Of a stretch of 64,000 bases of DNA, positions 1-12,384 are shown piece after piece. The DNA comes from Mytilus edulis. Taxonomy: Eukaryota. The translations under genes were made by a program, and so were the position numbers. The notes below the pieces were generated by a model. The model was not told the DNA's origin. It ran no database searches and saw only the letters and a list, made by a program, of their open reading frames with translations. The stretch spans positions 120,280,001-120,344,000 of the forward strand of contig NC_092344.1 of the NCBI RefSeq assembly GCF_963676685.1, given 5' to 3'. The first letter of the stretch is position 1. Every line of letters begins with the position of its first letter.

Positions 1-485
1 CCTCTAATGATTTAAAGACAATATTTCCTTCATAGAGGATTGCTGCTCACAAGGAAACTATCAAACCAAGAATTACAAATGGGGAAGTTGAAATCATCCC
101 TGCGTAAATTTTACGGACTCCATCACGAGTTGGTTGACCGTTAAGGAACAACCGTGACAAAGATGATATCGGATATGTTCCTTGTGTCGTAACGACAATA
201 CCCTTCCCTTTTCACGAATGTGAACTACCGAATTAGACTATTTACCGGATTTGTAATAACATAATCAACACGACGGGTGCCACATGTTGAGCAGGATCTG
301 CTTTCCCTTCCTGAGCACCTGAGATAACCCCAAGTTTTGGCTGGGTTTCGTGATGCTTAGTCTTTAGTTTTCTATGTTGTGTCTTCTGTACTATTATTTA
401 TCTGTTTGTCTTTTTATTTTTAGCCATGGCGTTGTCAGTTTATTTTCAATTTATGAGTTTGACTGTCCCTCTGGTATCTTTCGTA
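1..485 (+). mobile_element. 3' fragment of a Penelope-like retroelement (RT C-terminus plus 3' region), decayed
   Basis: Matches the reverse complement of 9714-10200 (RGLLLTRKL...KLKSSLRKFYG.HHELVDR coding remnant; acgacgggtgccacatg, tttagccatggcgttgtcagt, ctgtccctctggtatctttcg). Confidence 0.8.
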
Positions 486-1994
486 TCTTTACATTTCAAT
501 ACTACACAGACAAATTAAAAAAATAGAACAGGGATATAAAAAGAAATTGTATCCGACTAATACAAGTCATTATTGCCTATTTTCCAATTCGAAGAAGACT
601 ACTTAATGTACTTACAGTACATTCTGTTCTGTATGATATCCCTTTGTCAGCTGTGAAAGTAAGAGTGAAACCCAATGATTGGTGTGTCAGTGACGTATAA
701 ACATTGTTTAATGAGGGGGTTTGTTTTTTATTTGATATAGAAGAAACAAAATGTGTTAGAATTTTCAATGAGACAACTATCCATCGAAATTAAAATAAAG
801 TGGATGAAAGCAATAATAAGCACCCGAACGTCCTTCAACAATGAACTAAAATATATATGGATTGTAAAGCATTTCAAGAACATTGTTATTTACGATTTGT
901 TTATATCAAATATCTCACCTTCTTGTGATGAATGTGTATGTCTGGTTGACTATTCGCGTTCTTGTACTTTCATTATTTTTCGATATTTTGATTTTCACAG
1001 TACCACATTCTTAAGTATTCCAAGTATAAAAATTAATGTTTCGGGTTGGTTTCAATGTAAATTAATAAATCTTGAACTTCAAAATACGTACACAGGATAA
1101 CTGTAAATGAAACACTTGTAAGACATGCAATGTCGCCGTAAAGAAATTTCTAAATTGGTACGAGTCTAAACAAGTTGTAAATGTATATATCTTAGTCGAT
1201 CAAATTCGTCAATCTATAAACTAATACAATACCCAATTTACAATGCCTACTTGGTGCATGCGTATAAACATTTATGGGTCAAACCACTTTTGTTGAGAAA
1301 AAAAATGAACAAAAATAGATTTAAAACGCAACATGAACAAAAAACATTGAATGGTAGTAATATTTCACCAGTTGTATCGGTAGTATAGAAAACCAAAACA
1401 CAATCAATAAAATCAATAATGTATCTTACACTCTTTTATTTTAATATACATAGTTGTTGACCATTATTCGATAAAAATTAAGCATCCGGAGGTAAGCCCC
1501 AGCTGATTCCTAAAAAAAATAGTGTACTATTTCAGTGAAAATTGATACATTTGGTTACAATAGCTACTATTAACAATGTGCAACAAACTATTATCGAATT
1601 AGACTCAGTTATGCCAAAGTATTGCTTTTGTGTATTACCACATTAAAATATATGGGAAAATGTTACAATAAATGTGTATGCAGTAAATGAAAAAAGTTTT
1701 TTTTTTATATTTTACCTTTTGTTGTTAATCAGATAGTTATAATTGAACGTGTTTCTCTTTCCTGCAGAACTTAAATACGTGACAAATATATTATAACATG
1801 TCTTTTCCATATTGGCCCTGAAATAATCCCCAACCGATATAGGCCATCGGCTTAAGCTTCGGGATGATGTCTGAGACAATATTGAAAAGAGCATGTTATT
1901 ATATATAAATAGTATTGTGAAACTACCCCTGCACAATAAGGGCAAGCAACATCGGGATACTGACACATGCGTCATCAAAACATTGTATGTTTAT

Positions 1995-2048
1995 AGTAGT
2001 TATCAAAGGTACCAGGATTATAATTTAGTACGCCAGACGCGCGTTTCA
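1995..2048 (-). repeat. Truncated retrozyme fragment (3' half of hammerhead region)
   Basis: gttatcaaaggtaccaggattataatttagtacgccagacgcgcgtttc is near-identical to the 36961 and 37313 units; the CUGAUGA core is missing. Confidence 0.7.
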
Positions 2049-2349
2049 TGTAACATTAAATAATTGTACTAAAATATGTAGCAAGATAGTTACAGATATT
2101 TAAAAATGTAATTAAGGATAAAATAGCAGAATACAGTTATTATGTCTTAAAGGTGCATTGCAATAACAAGTTAATATTGCTCTAGAACATAGGAGCATCG
2201 GAATCCTAATGGTATCATTAGTTCAACTACTGCATCACTGACTTGTCAACACCGATGTTGTAAGTTCATATATAACAAAGGGACCTCGGTAGCCAGTCAC
2301 ACTCGTCCAAGTACTGTACAACTCACTTATTAACACTGAGTTCATATAT

Positions 2350-2513
2350 AAAAGAGGGACGAAAGATACCAAAGGGACAGTCAAACTTATAAATCTAAAA
2401 CAAACTGACAACGCCATGGCTAAAAATGAGAAAGACAAACAGACAAACAATAGTACACATGACACAACATAGAAAACTAAGGAATAAACAACACTAACCC
2501 CACTAAAAACTAG
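2350..2513 (-). mobile_element. Terminal fragment of the Penelope-like element inserted in the 84-bp array
   Basis: aaagagggacgaaagataccaaagggacagtcaaact...acacaacatagaaaactaa is near-identical to 9712-9875. Confidence 0.85.
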
Positions 2514-3436
2514 TTTAACATAGGGACATCGGTAGCCAGTCACACTCGTCAAAGAATTGCACCACTGACTTGTCAAAACCGATGTTGTAAGTTCATATAT
2601 AACATAGGGACCTCGGTAGCCAGTCACAATCGTCCAAGAACTGCACCACTGACTTGTCAAAACCGATGTTGTAAGTTCATATATAACATAGGGACCTCGG
2701 TAGCCAGTCACACTCGTCCAAGTACTGCACCACTGACTTGTCAAAACCGATGTTGTAAGTTCATATATAACATAGGGACCTCGGTAGCCAGTCACAATCG
2801 TCCAAGTACTGCACCACTGACCTGTCAAAACCGATGTTGTAAGTTCATATATAACATAGGGACCTCGGTAGCCAGTCACAATCGTCCAAGTACTGCACCA
2901 CTGACCTGTCAAGACCGATGTTGTAAGTTCGTATATAACATAGGGACTTAGGTAGCCAGTCACAATCGTCCAAGTACTGCACCACTGACCTGTCAAGACC
3001 GATGTTGTAAGTTCGTATATAACATAGGGACCTCGGTAGCCAGTCACACTCGTCCAAGAACTGCACCACTGACTTGTCAAAACCGATGTTGTAAGTTCGT
3101 ATATAACATCGGGACTTCGGTAGCCATTCACACTCGTCCAAGTACTGCACCACTGACTTGTCAAAACCGATGTTGTAAGTTCATATATAACATAGGGACC
3201 TCGGTAGCCAGTCACACTCGTCCAAGTACTGCACCACTGACTTGTCAAAACCGATGTTGTAAGTTCATATATAACATCGGGACCTCGGTAGCCAGTCACA
3301 CTCGTCCAAGAACTGCACCACTGACTTGTCAAAGCCGATGTTGTAAGTTCATATATAACATAGGGACCTCGGTAGCCAGTCACACTCGTCCAAGTACTGC
3401 ACCACTGACTTGTCAAAACCGATGTTGTAAGTTCAT

Positions 3437-3848
3437 TTCTCTAATTTTTGTGCTATTTTCACATTTCCTGACCGGTGTGAGAAAAATATTTCTCCTCACT
3501 AGTGAAAAATCTGTTCTCGGCAAATGATTAGTCGAAATTTGATTATGACGTCAAAATGTTTTGTTTTCTTCTCAATTTTCCTATTGTGACGTCATGGAAA
3601 AAGGCGACCTTGCCTGATGACGTCGCATATAAAGAGCACAATTTTCTGAAAATCTTTGAAAAAGAACGATAAAAAGCATTAGAGAAACAGATTCCGACAC
3701 TATAACTCGTGTATTACGATATTTCTCCACTCTCGACAGTTCAATTTTATTATTTAAAGGGCTCGGCAAGCCTCGCTCTTTAAATAATAAAATTTAACTG
3801 TCTCGAGTGGAGAAATATCGTAATACACTTGTTGCAGTGTAAGAATCT
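3437..3848. mobile_element. Unclassified non-autonomous insertion containing a ~160-bp imperfect hairpin
   Basis: Interrupts the 84-bp array; arms gtgtattacgatatttctccactc...ttttattatttaaag and ctttaaataataaaa...gagtggagaaatatcgtaatacac within ~3689-3848. Confidence 0.6.
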
Positions 3849-6630
3849 ATATATATAACATAGGGACCTCGGTAGTCAGTCACACTCGTCCAAGTACTGC
3901 ACCACTGACTTGTCAAAACCGATGTTGTAAGTTCATATATAACATAGGGACCTCGGTAGCCAGTCACACTCGTCCAAATACTGCACCACTGACCTGTCAA
4001 GACCGATGTTGTAAGTTCGTATATAACATAGGGACCTCGGTAGCCAGTCACAATCGTCCAAGTACTGCACCACTGACCTGTCAACACCGATGTTGTAAGT
4101 TCGTATATAACATAGGGATCTCGGTAGCCAGTCACACTCGTCCAAGTACTGCACCACTGACCTGTCAAAACCGATGTTGTAAGTTCATATATAACATAGG
4201 GACCTCGGTAGCCAGTCACAATCGTCCAAGTACTGCACCACTGACCTGTCAAAACCGATGTTGTAAGTTCGTATATAACATAGGGACCTCGGTAGCCAGT
4301 CACAATCGTCCAAGTACTGCACCACTGACTTGTCAAAACCGATGTTGTAAGTTCATATATAACATCGGGACTTCGGTAGCCAGTCACAATCGTCCAAGTA
4401 CTGTACAACTCACTTATTAACACTGAGAGTTTCAGTTCATATATGACATAGGGCTTTAGTAACCGGTGTCATTAGTCCTACTACTGTATCACTGGCATGT
4501 CAACACGGAGGTTGTCAGTTCATATAATACATAGGGGCCACGGTAGCCAATCACACTTGTTCAACTGATTTTTATAGTTTGTTCATATGTTGTATTGTTA
4601 CACCGCTGTCCCGTTTTTTGTATAAATATCCGAGTCTCCGTACTAAAATCATGAAAAAAAACAACAAGGAAAAAAACATTTCTGTGTGAGAAAAAAAGAC
4701 GATAGAACTTTGAACTTATTAAAAAGATGGCTCATATATAAAACTTCAAAAGAAAACAGGTGTAGCCGCGGAATTCTTTTTCTTGCTATAATCACATTGA
4801 TTTAACATTCCTTTATTAAGGATCTGAGTTATCTCCCCTTATATAGCTAAGATGACAGAAATTGAAATTTCGTATTAATATGAAAAAAACATATCATATT
4901 CTTAAGTAAGATAAAGCGTTTTACACTTTAATAACATTTAAAAACAAACGGAATAAGCATGATAATCAAATATCGAAACCATGGTATAGATAAAAGGATA
5001 TTTTGGTTAAAATGTAACTCCAAAGAAGGTCATATGGATAATATATTATGTTTGTCGGCTGTGCTTAGTTGTAAATCTTGGCATCAACTCATTATTTCCA
5101 CTAATTTCTTCCCTATATACTTTGTCATTTGGCTTATAAATAAGAGAGGCGAAGGATACCAAAGAGACTTTCAATAATAACCACATGTTAATCAAATCGC
5201 CAAATGTAGTTTTGCAGCCCGTTTCCGCACAAGGCATATATATATAAAAAATTAACACGAAACCAATTGATGTCGATATTTTTTTTTTAATTATCCCATG
5301 ACGTAAACAAATACAAAAAAAATATGCAAAATGACAAAACTACTGAACTCGGAGGAAAATTCAAAGTGAAACTCTAGTTGTAGATTATACAAAAGCGTAA
5401 ACCGAGCACATATATTTATTAAGATGGATACACAAAATGCTTCTGTCAACGCTTTTATATCAAATGGATGTAATGCTTACTAAAATGAATAGTGAAAGCA
5501 GATCTGTATATAAATTATTTGAAAACGGACCAGAAATAGACCTGATTGATAAATTGGTAAATGCTTTACGTCAAAAAAGAAAATATAACATACATATTTA
5601 TAACAACGTCTTTATGAGTTGTACCTCCATTGTTCCTAGCATTAAATCGGACTGTCAATGTGCTATTTCACATTGAGACAGTCCCAATACATATGACCTT
5701 TATCGACCGATACGTCTTTTCCTAATGCTACATGCTTTGTGGAGGAGCAGCAATAGCTAATTGTATGGCCATTGTTATAACCAAGCTGGAGCTTGTACAT
5801 ACAACGTATGTTGAATACGGTATCTCGATACCATAAATAAAATATTATCAAAAATAGCAAGGGAGGTTCCCATTTGTATCGAATGCCCTTATATCAGAGG
5901 GGGGAAGTACTCATAGCTATCAATATCTGTAGTTAGGGTATTTAAAGATATGTTTTCTAATATAAAATTTATCTGCATCAAAACTTTGAAGAAAATGTAA
6001 TTTGTAGTTTAAAGGAAATAAATTGGATGCTTGAGTGGTACGAACAAAAATTATAATGAAAAATAAGCATAATGCAACTTCTCCTCAAAGTTAAAGTCTC
6101 TCTTACTTTTTCCCTGCAAACCAGTAAATGTAAATTTCTTTAATTTTTTTAACATCGTTGTTAGTCTTGTTTGGACGTGGCGCGCGTCTGGCGTATAAAA
6201 TTTTAAACCAGGTCCCTGTTATTGGCTATTAATCGTTTGTTTCTCTGTCTTATAGTTTCTCCCATTTATTTGTATTGTAGTTCTGTCATGTTATGTTGTC
6301 GTTTGAATGTTATAATTAACATTGCCATTAAAGCGGGAGGTTTGGCATGCCACAAAACCAGGTTCAACACATCATTATTTTCTTAAAATGCCCTGTTTTT
6401 AGTCGGGGAAATGGCCATTGTTATGTTATAGTTCGTTTCTGTGTGCGTTGCGTTTTGGTGTTGTGTTTCTGTTGTGTCGTGGTTCTGTTATGTTTGATGC
6501 GTTTCCCTCGGTTTTGGTTTTGTGGCTCGGGTTTGTTTTTTCTCTATCGTTTCGGACAACGGTATACTACTGTTGCCTTTGTTGAAACATTTTCTGTTAA
6601 TGACATAAAAGATTAACGACTTTGTGTATG

Positions 6631-7520
6631 TGTTCCGGACCATATGAGTATTTGGACCATACGCGTATGGTCATGACCATATACGTATACTCATATGGTC
6701 CGACCAATCGCGTATGGTCCGACCGTACGCGTATGGTCTGGCCATATGAGTATAATACTCGTTTTGGTTATTAACGGGTCGGCCCATATGAGTATTTGGA
6801 TCAGATAGGTAAAGCAAAAAATACATTATAAAAGTTTCAATAATACAAAAACTTTCTCTAAAAAAAACAATGATGGTTACATGACAATGTATTATTTTTA
6901 TAATTCAAATACTTCGTAAAATTTAATATTGATGCCATAGTTAGTTTTCATCACTAATTACATTCTGATGACATTTACTTTCACATGGTATCATAGATTG
7001 TTTGCATTTGCAAGTCTTGGTTGTGCACGATCCTTTTCATGTATACCTTCTGTTTGCGAGTGAAAAGCTAGCCTTTTTGCAGCTGCGTTCAGTGTTACCG
7101 AGGTCTTGGGCCATTCCGATATTTCTAAGGTGTTTTTAAGAAGCTCCAGTTTTTAAATATCGTAACAAGATTGTATTCACAAGACAAATTAAATAAACTA
7201 TGTTACATTTTTAGTGACTTCTTGTGTAACAGTTCATTAAGAAATCTTTGGAATTTATTTTTAAGTCGACATACCGCCATTCACTCGTTATAACAAATCG
7301 ATAAGTAAGTAAAATTAACTATGTGAAACATCTAATTTTTATATAGCTAATCTTTCTATTATTATATAATAATAAAATTATCTATATGATAGCGTCTTTT
7401 TCATGTATTGGTCATACCATATGAAAAGTTTAGAAATATTAAAAGTAAACTGTAATAAAGTGTTACGCGTATGTTCGGACTATATGAGTATATACCCATA
7501 TACTCATATTGTCCGGAACA
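6631..7520. mobile_element. Non-autonomous DNA transposon (MITE-like) with TIRs and subterminal palindromic repeats
   Basis: Left TGTTCCGGACCATATGAGTA (6631) and right TACTCATATTGTCCGGAACA (7501-7520) are inverted; multiple ccatatgagta / ccatacgcgtatgg sub-repeats near both ends. Confidence 0.75.
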
Positions 7521-7964
7521 TAGGTATCATTCAAAGTGGATTTATTGAAAACAAGTCAAACCTTCAAAAACCGCATACCATTTGGAGGGCTGTAGAGCTT
7601 TTAATAAAGACCACAGTGGTATATCGCTGTTTAAAAGTCATAAATCGATGTAGAGAAAAAAATCCAGTTTACAAAAAAAATAGAAAGAAACACATCAACT
7701 ATAAAAGGGGAAAAAAGAAACAAGAATAATGAGGTGCAACAAAAACGCCAACATACATAGAAAACAACTGCCATATTCCTTACTTGTCACAGGGCATTTT
7801 AAGAAAATAAACTGGTGGTTTGAAACTTTTTTATGGCTAGCCAAACCTCCGGTTATATTGCAATGTTAAAAAATTTCGCTAAAATGACACAACTACGTGA
7901 TAAACATGATAAAGCACAAATACGCAAGAAAACTCACATATCATAAATAATGTAAAAGGGGAAA

Positions 7965-8190
7965 ACCAACCAGAGGGACAGTCAAGCTCATTGATCTAAA
8001 ATTAACTGACAACGCCGTGGCTAAAACAGAAAAAGACAAACAGACACATAATAGTAAACAAAACACAACATAGAAAACTAAAGACTGCGCCACAGAAACT
8101 CCACCAAAAACTTGGGTCGACCGCAGGTTCTCCGGAAGGGTAAGCAGATCCTGTTCCACATGTGGCACCCGTTGTGTTGCTCATGTAATT
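7965..8190 (-). mobile_element. Diverged terminal fragment of the Penelope-like element
   Basis: ccagagggacagtcaagctcat...ctccggaagggtaagcagatcctgttccacatgtggcacccgt matches 9730-9945. Confidence 0.8.
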
Positions 8191-8709
8191 ATAACCTCGA
8201 CCGATACAACATGCAAACCACAGAACAACAACGAACATCTTCCATTAACGACAGACAGCATCGGACATCACAAACATTAAATTATAAAATAAATGAATTA
8301 AAAAAATATACATAAATCTAGATGATTAATTATTGCTAAATGTTACGTCAGTTGAAAAAAGCTATTTCGTGAGGACCTTTTTATGGGAAAATCTAATAGG
8401 ACTTGTGTTAGAGAAATGATGATTCAAGACAATTCTATGAATTTTTTTTTATTGGTTTAATGAAAATTGTATATGCATGATATATTCATGTAAAATATAT
8501 AATATAAACGTAATGTAATCAATGCATTTTACTTGAAGAAAACATGAATAAGAATACACGCTTAAATGGTATCACATATTTTCAGTTGCATTACCTTTTA
8601 ATTTTTCAAATAATGATTACGTCACAAAGAAAAACTGAATATTTATTATAAGTTAGGTAAATGAATGAGTACACTTTTGATTAATAACGTAATATCACGA
8701 ATTTCAATA

Positions 8710-8962
8710 CCTATTATGTCTGCTTGTTTTGTTCACAAACTGTTTCATTTCAATATAACGGAATGTTTATGTGATTACCATTCAACTGAAGGTTATATAT
8801 TTATATAAAACCCTGTTTAATCCACCATTTTCTACATAGAAAATATCTTTGCCAAGTCAGGAATATGACAGTTGTTATCCATTCGTTTGATGCGTTTGAG
8901 CTTTTGATTTGGCCATTTGATTAAGGACTTTCAAGTTCGGTATTTTTGTTATTTTACTTTTT
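8710..8962 (+). repeat. Abundant interspersed repeat (SINE-like); related copies ~11488-11615, 26030-26335, 29185-29455
   Basis: Shared aatccaccattttctaca...caagtcaggaatatgacagttg...ccattcgtttgatg...gccatttgatta motifs among the copies. Confidence 0.65.
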
Positions 8963-9136
8963 TCAAACAAAACAAAAAGTGTGGTATTATTGGTACATTG
9001 TCAAAACGAGAATTTTTTTATGTAGTGTTGATGGTGGTAAATAAGTTGCTATAATTTAGTAAAATGGAGATACATTTCATTTAACAAAAATAAGTAGTTA
9101 ATTATCACAAGTGTTTTTGTTCTCTTTTAAAAACAT

Positions 9137-9346
9137 TTATTTCATTTGGTCATTATATAATTCCTCTCTAACATCCATCAGAATTGTTCCCAGAAGATTG
9201 GTTCCGCGCCATTTTTCTTTGTTAAATGCATCTGGATTATCTGCCGCTAACCCGATTCCCCATTTCTCATCAAACGGACTAGCCTCTGCTAGTGTTTTGT
9301 TTCTGGTGTTTAGCAGTACGGCTTTGAGTTTTGGATTCTGTGAGAA
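9137..9346 (-). CDS. NADAR-domain protein 1, coding exon 3
   Basis: tttcag acceptor, then FSQNPKLKAVLLNTRNKTLAEASPFDEKWGIGL...WRGTNLLGTILMDVREEL-stop, containing the NADAR/YbiA EASPxDxxWG and GxNxLGxxLMxVR motifs. Confidence 0.93.
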   Translation of the reverse strand, partial: FSQNPKLKAVLLNTRNKTLAEASPFDEKWGIGLAADNPDAFNKEKWRGTNLLGTILMDVREELYNDQMK

Positions 9347-9439
9347 CTGAAAGAGAATTTTTAAAGAAAGAATAACATATTTTGTATTAGCTGTCTGTAA
9401 AATTATCATGATATATATAGAAAATAACAAGGCCAAACG

Positions 9440-9713
9440 CGTTTATGATCATTTTTGAAATTTACTGTTTGCTAAAGTATGAAATATTCGTAAAAGTTAG
9501 GATTTTTAATCCCAAGCATGGATAACCTATAAATTTTTGGGAGTTTTGGGTCCTCAATACTCTTTAATTTTATACTTGTTTGGCTTTCTAACTATTTTCA
9601 TATGAGTGTCACTGATGAATTCTTCGCTATGTACATGTTTGGCTTAAAACAATTTTTATCTGAGGGTCACTGGTGAGTCTAATCTAGACGAAACGAGCGT
9701 CTGCCGTATCAAA
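9440..9713 (+). repeat. Decayed retrozyme copy with mutated hammerhead (continues at 10889-10985 after an insertion)
   Basis: gtcactggtgagtctaatctagacgaaacgagcgtctgccgta (9666-9708) is a degenerate copy of the hammerhead at 36995-37041 in the opposite orientation. Confidence 0.7.
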
Positions 9714-10888
9714 AGAGGGACGAAAGATACCAAAGGGACAGTCAAACTCATAAATCCAAAACAAACTGACAACGCCATGGCTAAAAATGAAAAAGACAAA
9801 CAGAAAAACAATAGTACACACGACACAACATAGAAAACTAAAGAATAAACAACACGAACCCCACCAAAAACTAGGGGTGATCTCAGGTGCTCCGGAAGGG
9901 TAAGCAGATCCTCCTCCACATGTGGCACCCGTCGTGTTGCTTATGTGATTACAAATCCGGTAAATAGTCTAATTCGGTAGGTCATATTCATGAAAGGGAA
10001 GGGGATTGTAGTTACGACGTAAGGAACATATCCGATATCATTTGTGAAACGGTTATTCTATAACGGTCAACCAACTCGTGATGGCGTCCGTAAAATTTAC
10101 GAAGGGATGATTTCAACTTCACCATTTGGAACTCTTGGTTTAATAGCTTCCTTGTGAGCAGCAAACCTCTATCAAAGAAAATCATGATAGGAAATGCAAG
10201 CACGGGAATATCGTATCAATTGGGAGATATATACCCCGTATGCAGGTGCTGCTGGAATGTTGCTACTTAGAAATGGAAAGTTCACAATTGGAAAGCTGAA
10301 ATCATCTCTTTTGTCGTAAAGTTTTGTTTTCAACCGACCCTCATTGTCAATTTCTAGATGTAAGTCAAGATATGAAGCCGACTTAACTGTATCTGTAGTA
10401 TCCTTTATCTCTAGTTCGATTGGATAGATGCGTTCCACATAGTCACCAAATTTTGAATTGTTTAGTGAAAGAACATCATCTATATAGCGGAACGTAGAGT
10501 TAAAGGATATTGCTAACTTCTTATCTTTCTTCCTAAGAAGTTCCTGCATGAAGTCAGCCTCATAATAATAAAGAAACAAGTCGGCGAGTAGAGGTGCACA
10601 GTTTGTTCCCATTGGAATGCCGACAGTCTGTTGAAAAACACGTCCTCCGAACGTAACAAATATGTTGTCGATCAAGAAATCAAGCATCTTGATAATATCA
10701 GTTTCAGAGAATTTTTTGTTTGAATCAGAGTGATTCTTTACAAAGTAGGATTTATCCCTCCCTAAGACAAGATACTTGTATCTACGTTGGCCATTCTTTT
10801 TTATGAAGCAAAGGAATACCAACTCTTTCAATTTGTCTTTTAGTTTGGAATGTGGAATACTTGTGTACAGAGTAGAAAAGTCAAATGT
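9714..10888 (-). mobile_element. 5'-truncated Penelope-like retroelement; RT pseudogene fragment
   Basis: ORF 10172-10831 has GIPMGTNCAPLLADLFL, FRYIDD, YLDLHL and LYDKRDDF (Penelope-type RT motifs); a frameshift near 10175 leads into DRGLLLTRKLL...; the upstream frame continues DFSTLYTSIPH to ~10888. Confidence 0.88.
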
Positions 10889-11004
10889 TCAAATTATAAT
10901 ACTGGTACCTTTGGGTACTATTATATAGACGAAACGTGCGACTGTCGTATCAAATTATAAGCCTGGTATGTTTGATAACTATTTAGGGTCTATATAAATA
11001 TTGT

Positions 11005-11080
11005 CGAGTTTTCTTGTGAAACATTTGAGAGTTTTCTTGTGAAACATCTGAGAGTTTTCTTGTGAAACATCTGAGAGTTT
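11005..11080. repeat. Short tandem repeat, ~3 x 24 bp
   Basis: gagagttttcttgtgaaacatct repeated. Confidence 0.8.
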
Positions 11081-12223
11081 TGTATACTCATTACGGCAGA
11101 AACCCCAAATTTCTGCTGTGAAAGGGGAAATATGACTTAGATAAGCCTTCATTAGTAATTTTCACTAACAGTTTGAGCGATTTTGTAAAATCCATGATAA
11201 CTTGTTTAAACGTGATATTCGAAATGTGGTTTCTTCATATAAAAATAGGCCAATGATTTTGAAATATATTTTATATTTTATAAGATATAGGAAGATGTGG
11301 TATGAGTGCCAATGAGACAGCGAAGCTTTGGCTCACACCGAACAAGAAACTATAAAGGGCCCCAAAATTACTAGTGTGAAACCATTCAAACGGGAAAACC
11401 AACGGTCTAGTCGTGGAACAAGAAACACTTATAAATTGCATACGACAACTACTGTACATCAGAGTCCTGACTTAGGACAGGTGTATGCCTGTACCGAGTC
11501 AGGAATATGACAGCTGTCCGTTCGTTTGGTGTGTTTTATCATTTGATTTTGCCATTTGGTTAGGGACTTTCCGTTTTGAGTTTTCTCGGTGTTCAGTGTT
11601 TTGTAATTTTGCTTTTTTATATATTTCTAGTTAACACGTTTGTTAAGCGATAATGAATAAAATGCATTTGAACTGTAATTAAGGTCATTCGATACAATTA
11701 CAGGGGAGGTAATGACGTTGCTACCGAAAAATGTTATTTTCTCAACATCAAACTGTGACATATCGGTAAAAGATGCTTTTAAATATTGGGTTATTTTTCC
11801 TTTAAAGATTTTAACTGATTTAGCTCGAAAGCGAGTACCTGGACCCCTCTTTTTAAAAAGGCATTAGGTTTGATTACGTTTGAAGATTATTTGTACCAAT
11901 TTTAATGAATGTTTAACATTATTTTTTTTAATTTGATAAATATACTGCAAAAATGCTGTTGAATATATAAAGAGCATATTAATGTAAAAGAGATGTTCAT
12001 AATTATTCTACATAAATATGCGATTAAGTAACAATAAATTTTCTGCCTATGTTTATCTGTAAAAATTAAAAAATAAAATTGAGTAATTTTTTTTATGTCA
12101 CCTTTTTTATTGTGTGTGAACTTAATACTTTGATTGAAATCTAACGCAAATGAAAAAGTAAAAAACAAATTTCACACTAAACCTGAAAGTAACTTAGCGA
12201 AATCATGTCTTTTTGAGATTTAC

Positions 12224-12384
12224 CTTCGCAATATTTCCCTGTTTCACAATTTCTTCACATTTACTATTCCACAACGGTCTATCAAAGCTAGATAATTTTG
12301 CTGCCTGTCGACCCAAATCCTTTTGTTCTTCCGGGTCTGTTGATGTCATAACTCTTTCTGTTAACTTTTCATCATCACACAAAC
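12224..12384 (-). CDS. NADAR-domain protein 1, coding exon 2
   Basis: ttcttctataaaag acceptor and GTAAAT donor; encodes (R)LCDDEKLTERVMTSTDPEEQKDLGRQAAKLSSFDRPLWNSKCEEIVKQGNIAK with the PxxxKxLGR motif; phases 1/0 join exons 1 and 3 in frame. Confidence 0.9.

Larger units (their letters stand above)
2235..4560. repeat. 84-bp tandem repeat array (~19 good copies plus degenerate flanks), interrupted by two insertions
   Basis: Unit CACTGACTTGTCAAAACCGATGTTGTAAGTTCATATATAACATAGGGACCTCGGTAGCCAGTCACACTCGTCCAAGTACTGCAC; period 84 (accact at 2561 and 2645); blocks ~2235-2345, 2516-3436, 3849-4440. Confidence 0.95.

Noticed and set aside
2235-4423. 393-aa and 209-aa ORFs with 28-aa repeats (TSQWCSTWTSVTGYRGPYVIYELTTSVL)
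   Set aside because: They arise from an 84-bp unit divisible by three, read through a TE fragment, and lack a convincing start or splice context; probably non-coding, though not excluded without expression data.
10165-10185. TGA ending the PLE RT ORF as a possible selenocysteine codon
   Set aside because: The protein continues in a different frame and the copy at 1-60 lacks the extra base; this is a 1-nt frameshift, and TAG follows the TGA.
11005-11080. Short repeat in NADAR1 intron 2 as a third exon-derived array
   Set aside because: Only a 10-nt match (TTGTGAAACA) to exon 2 and no donor sequence; compatible with chance.
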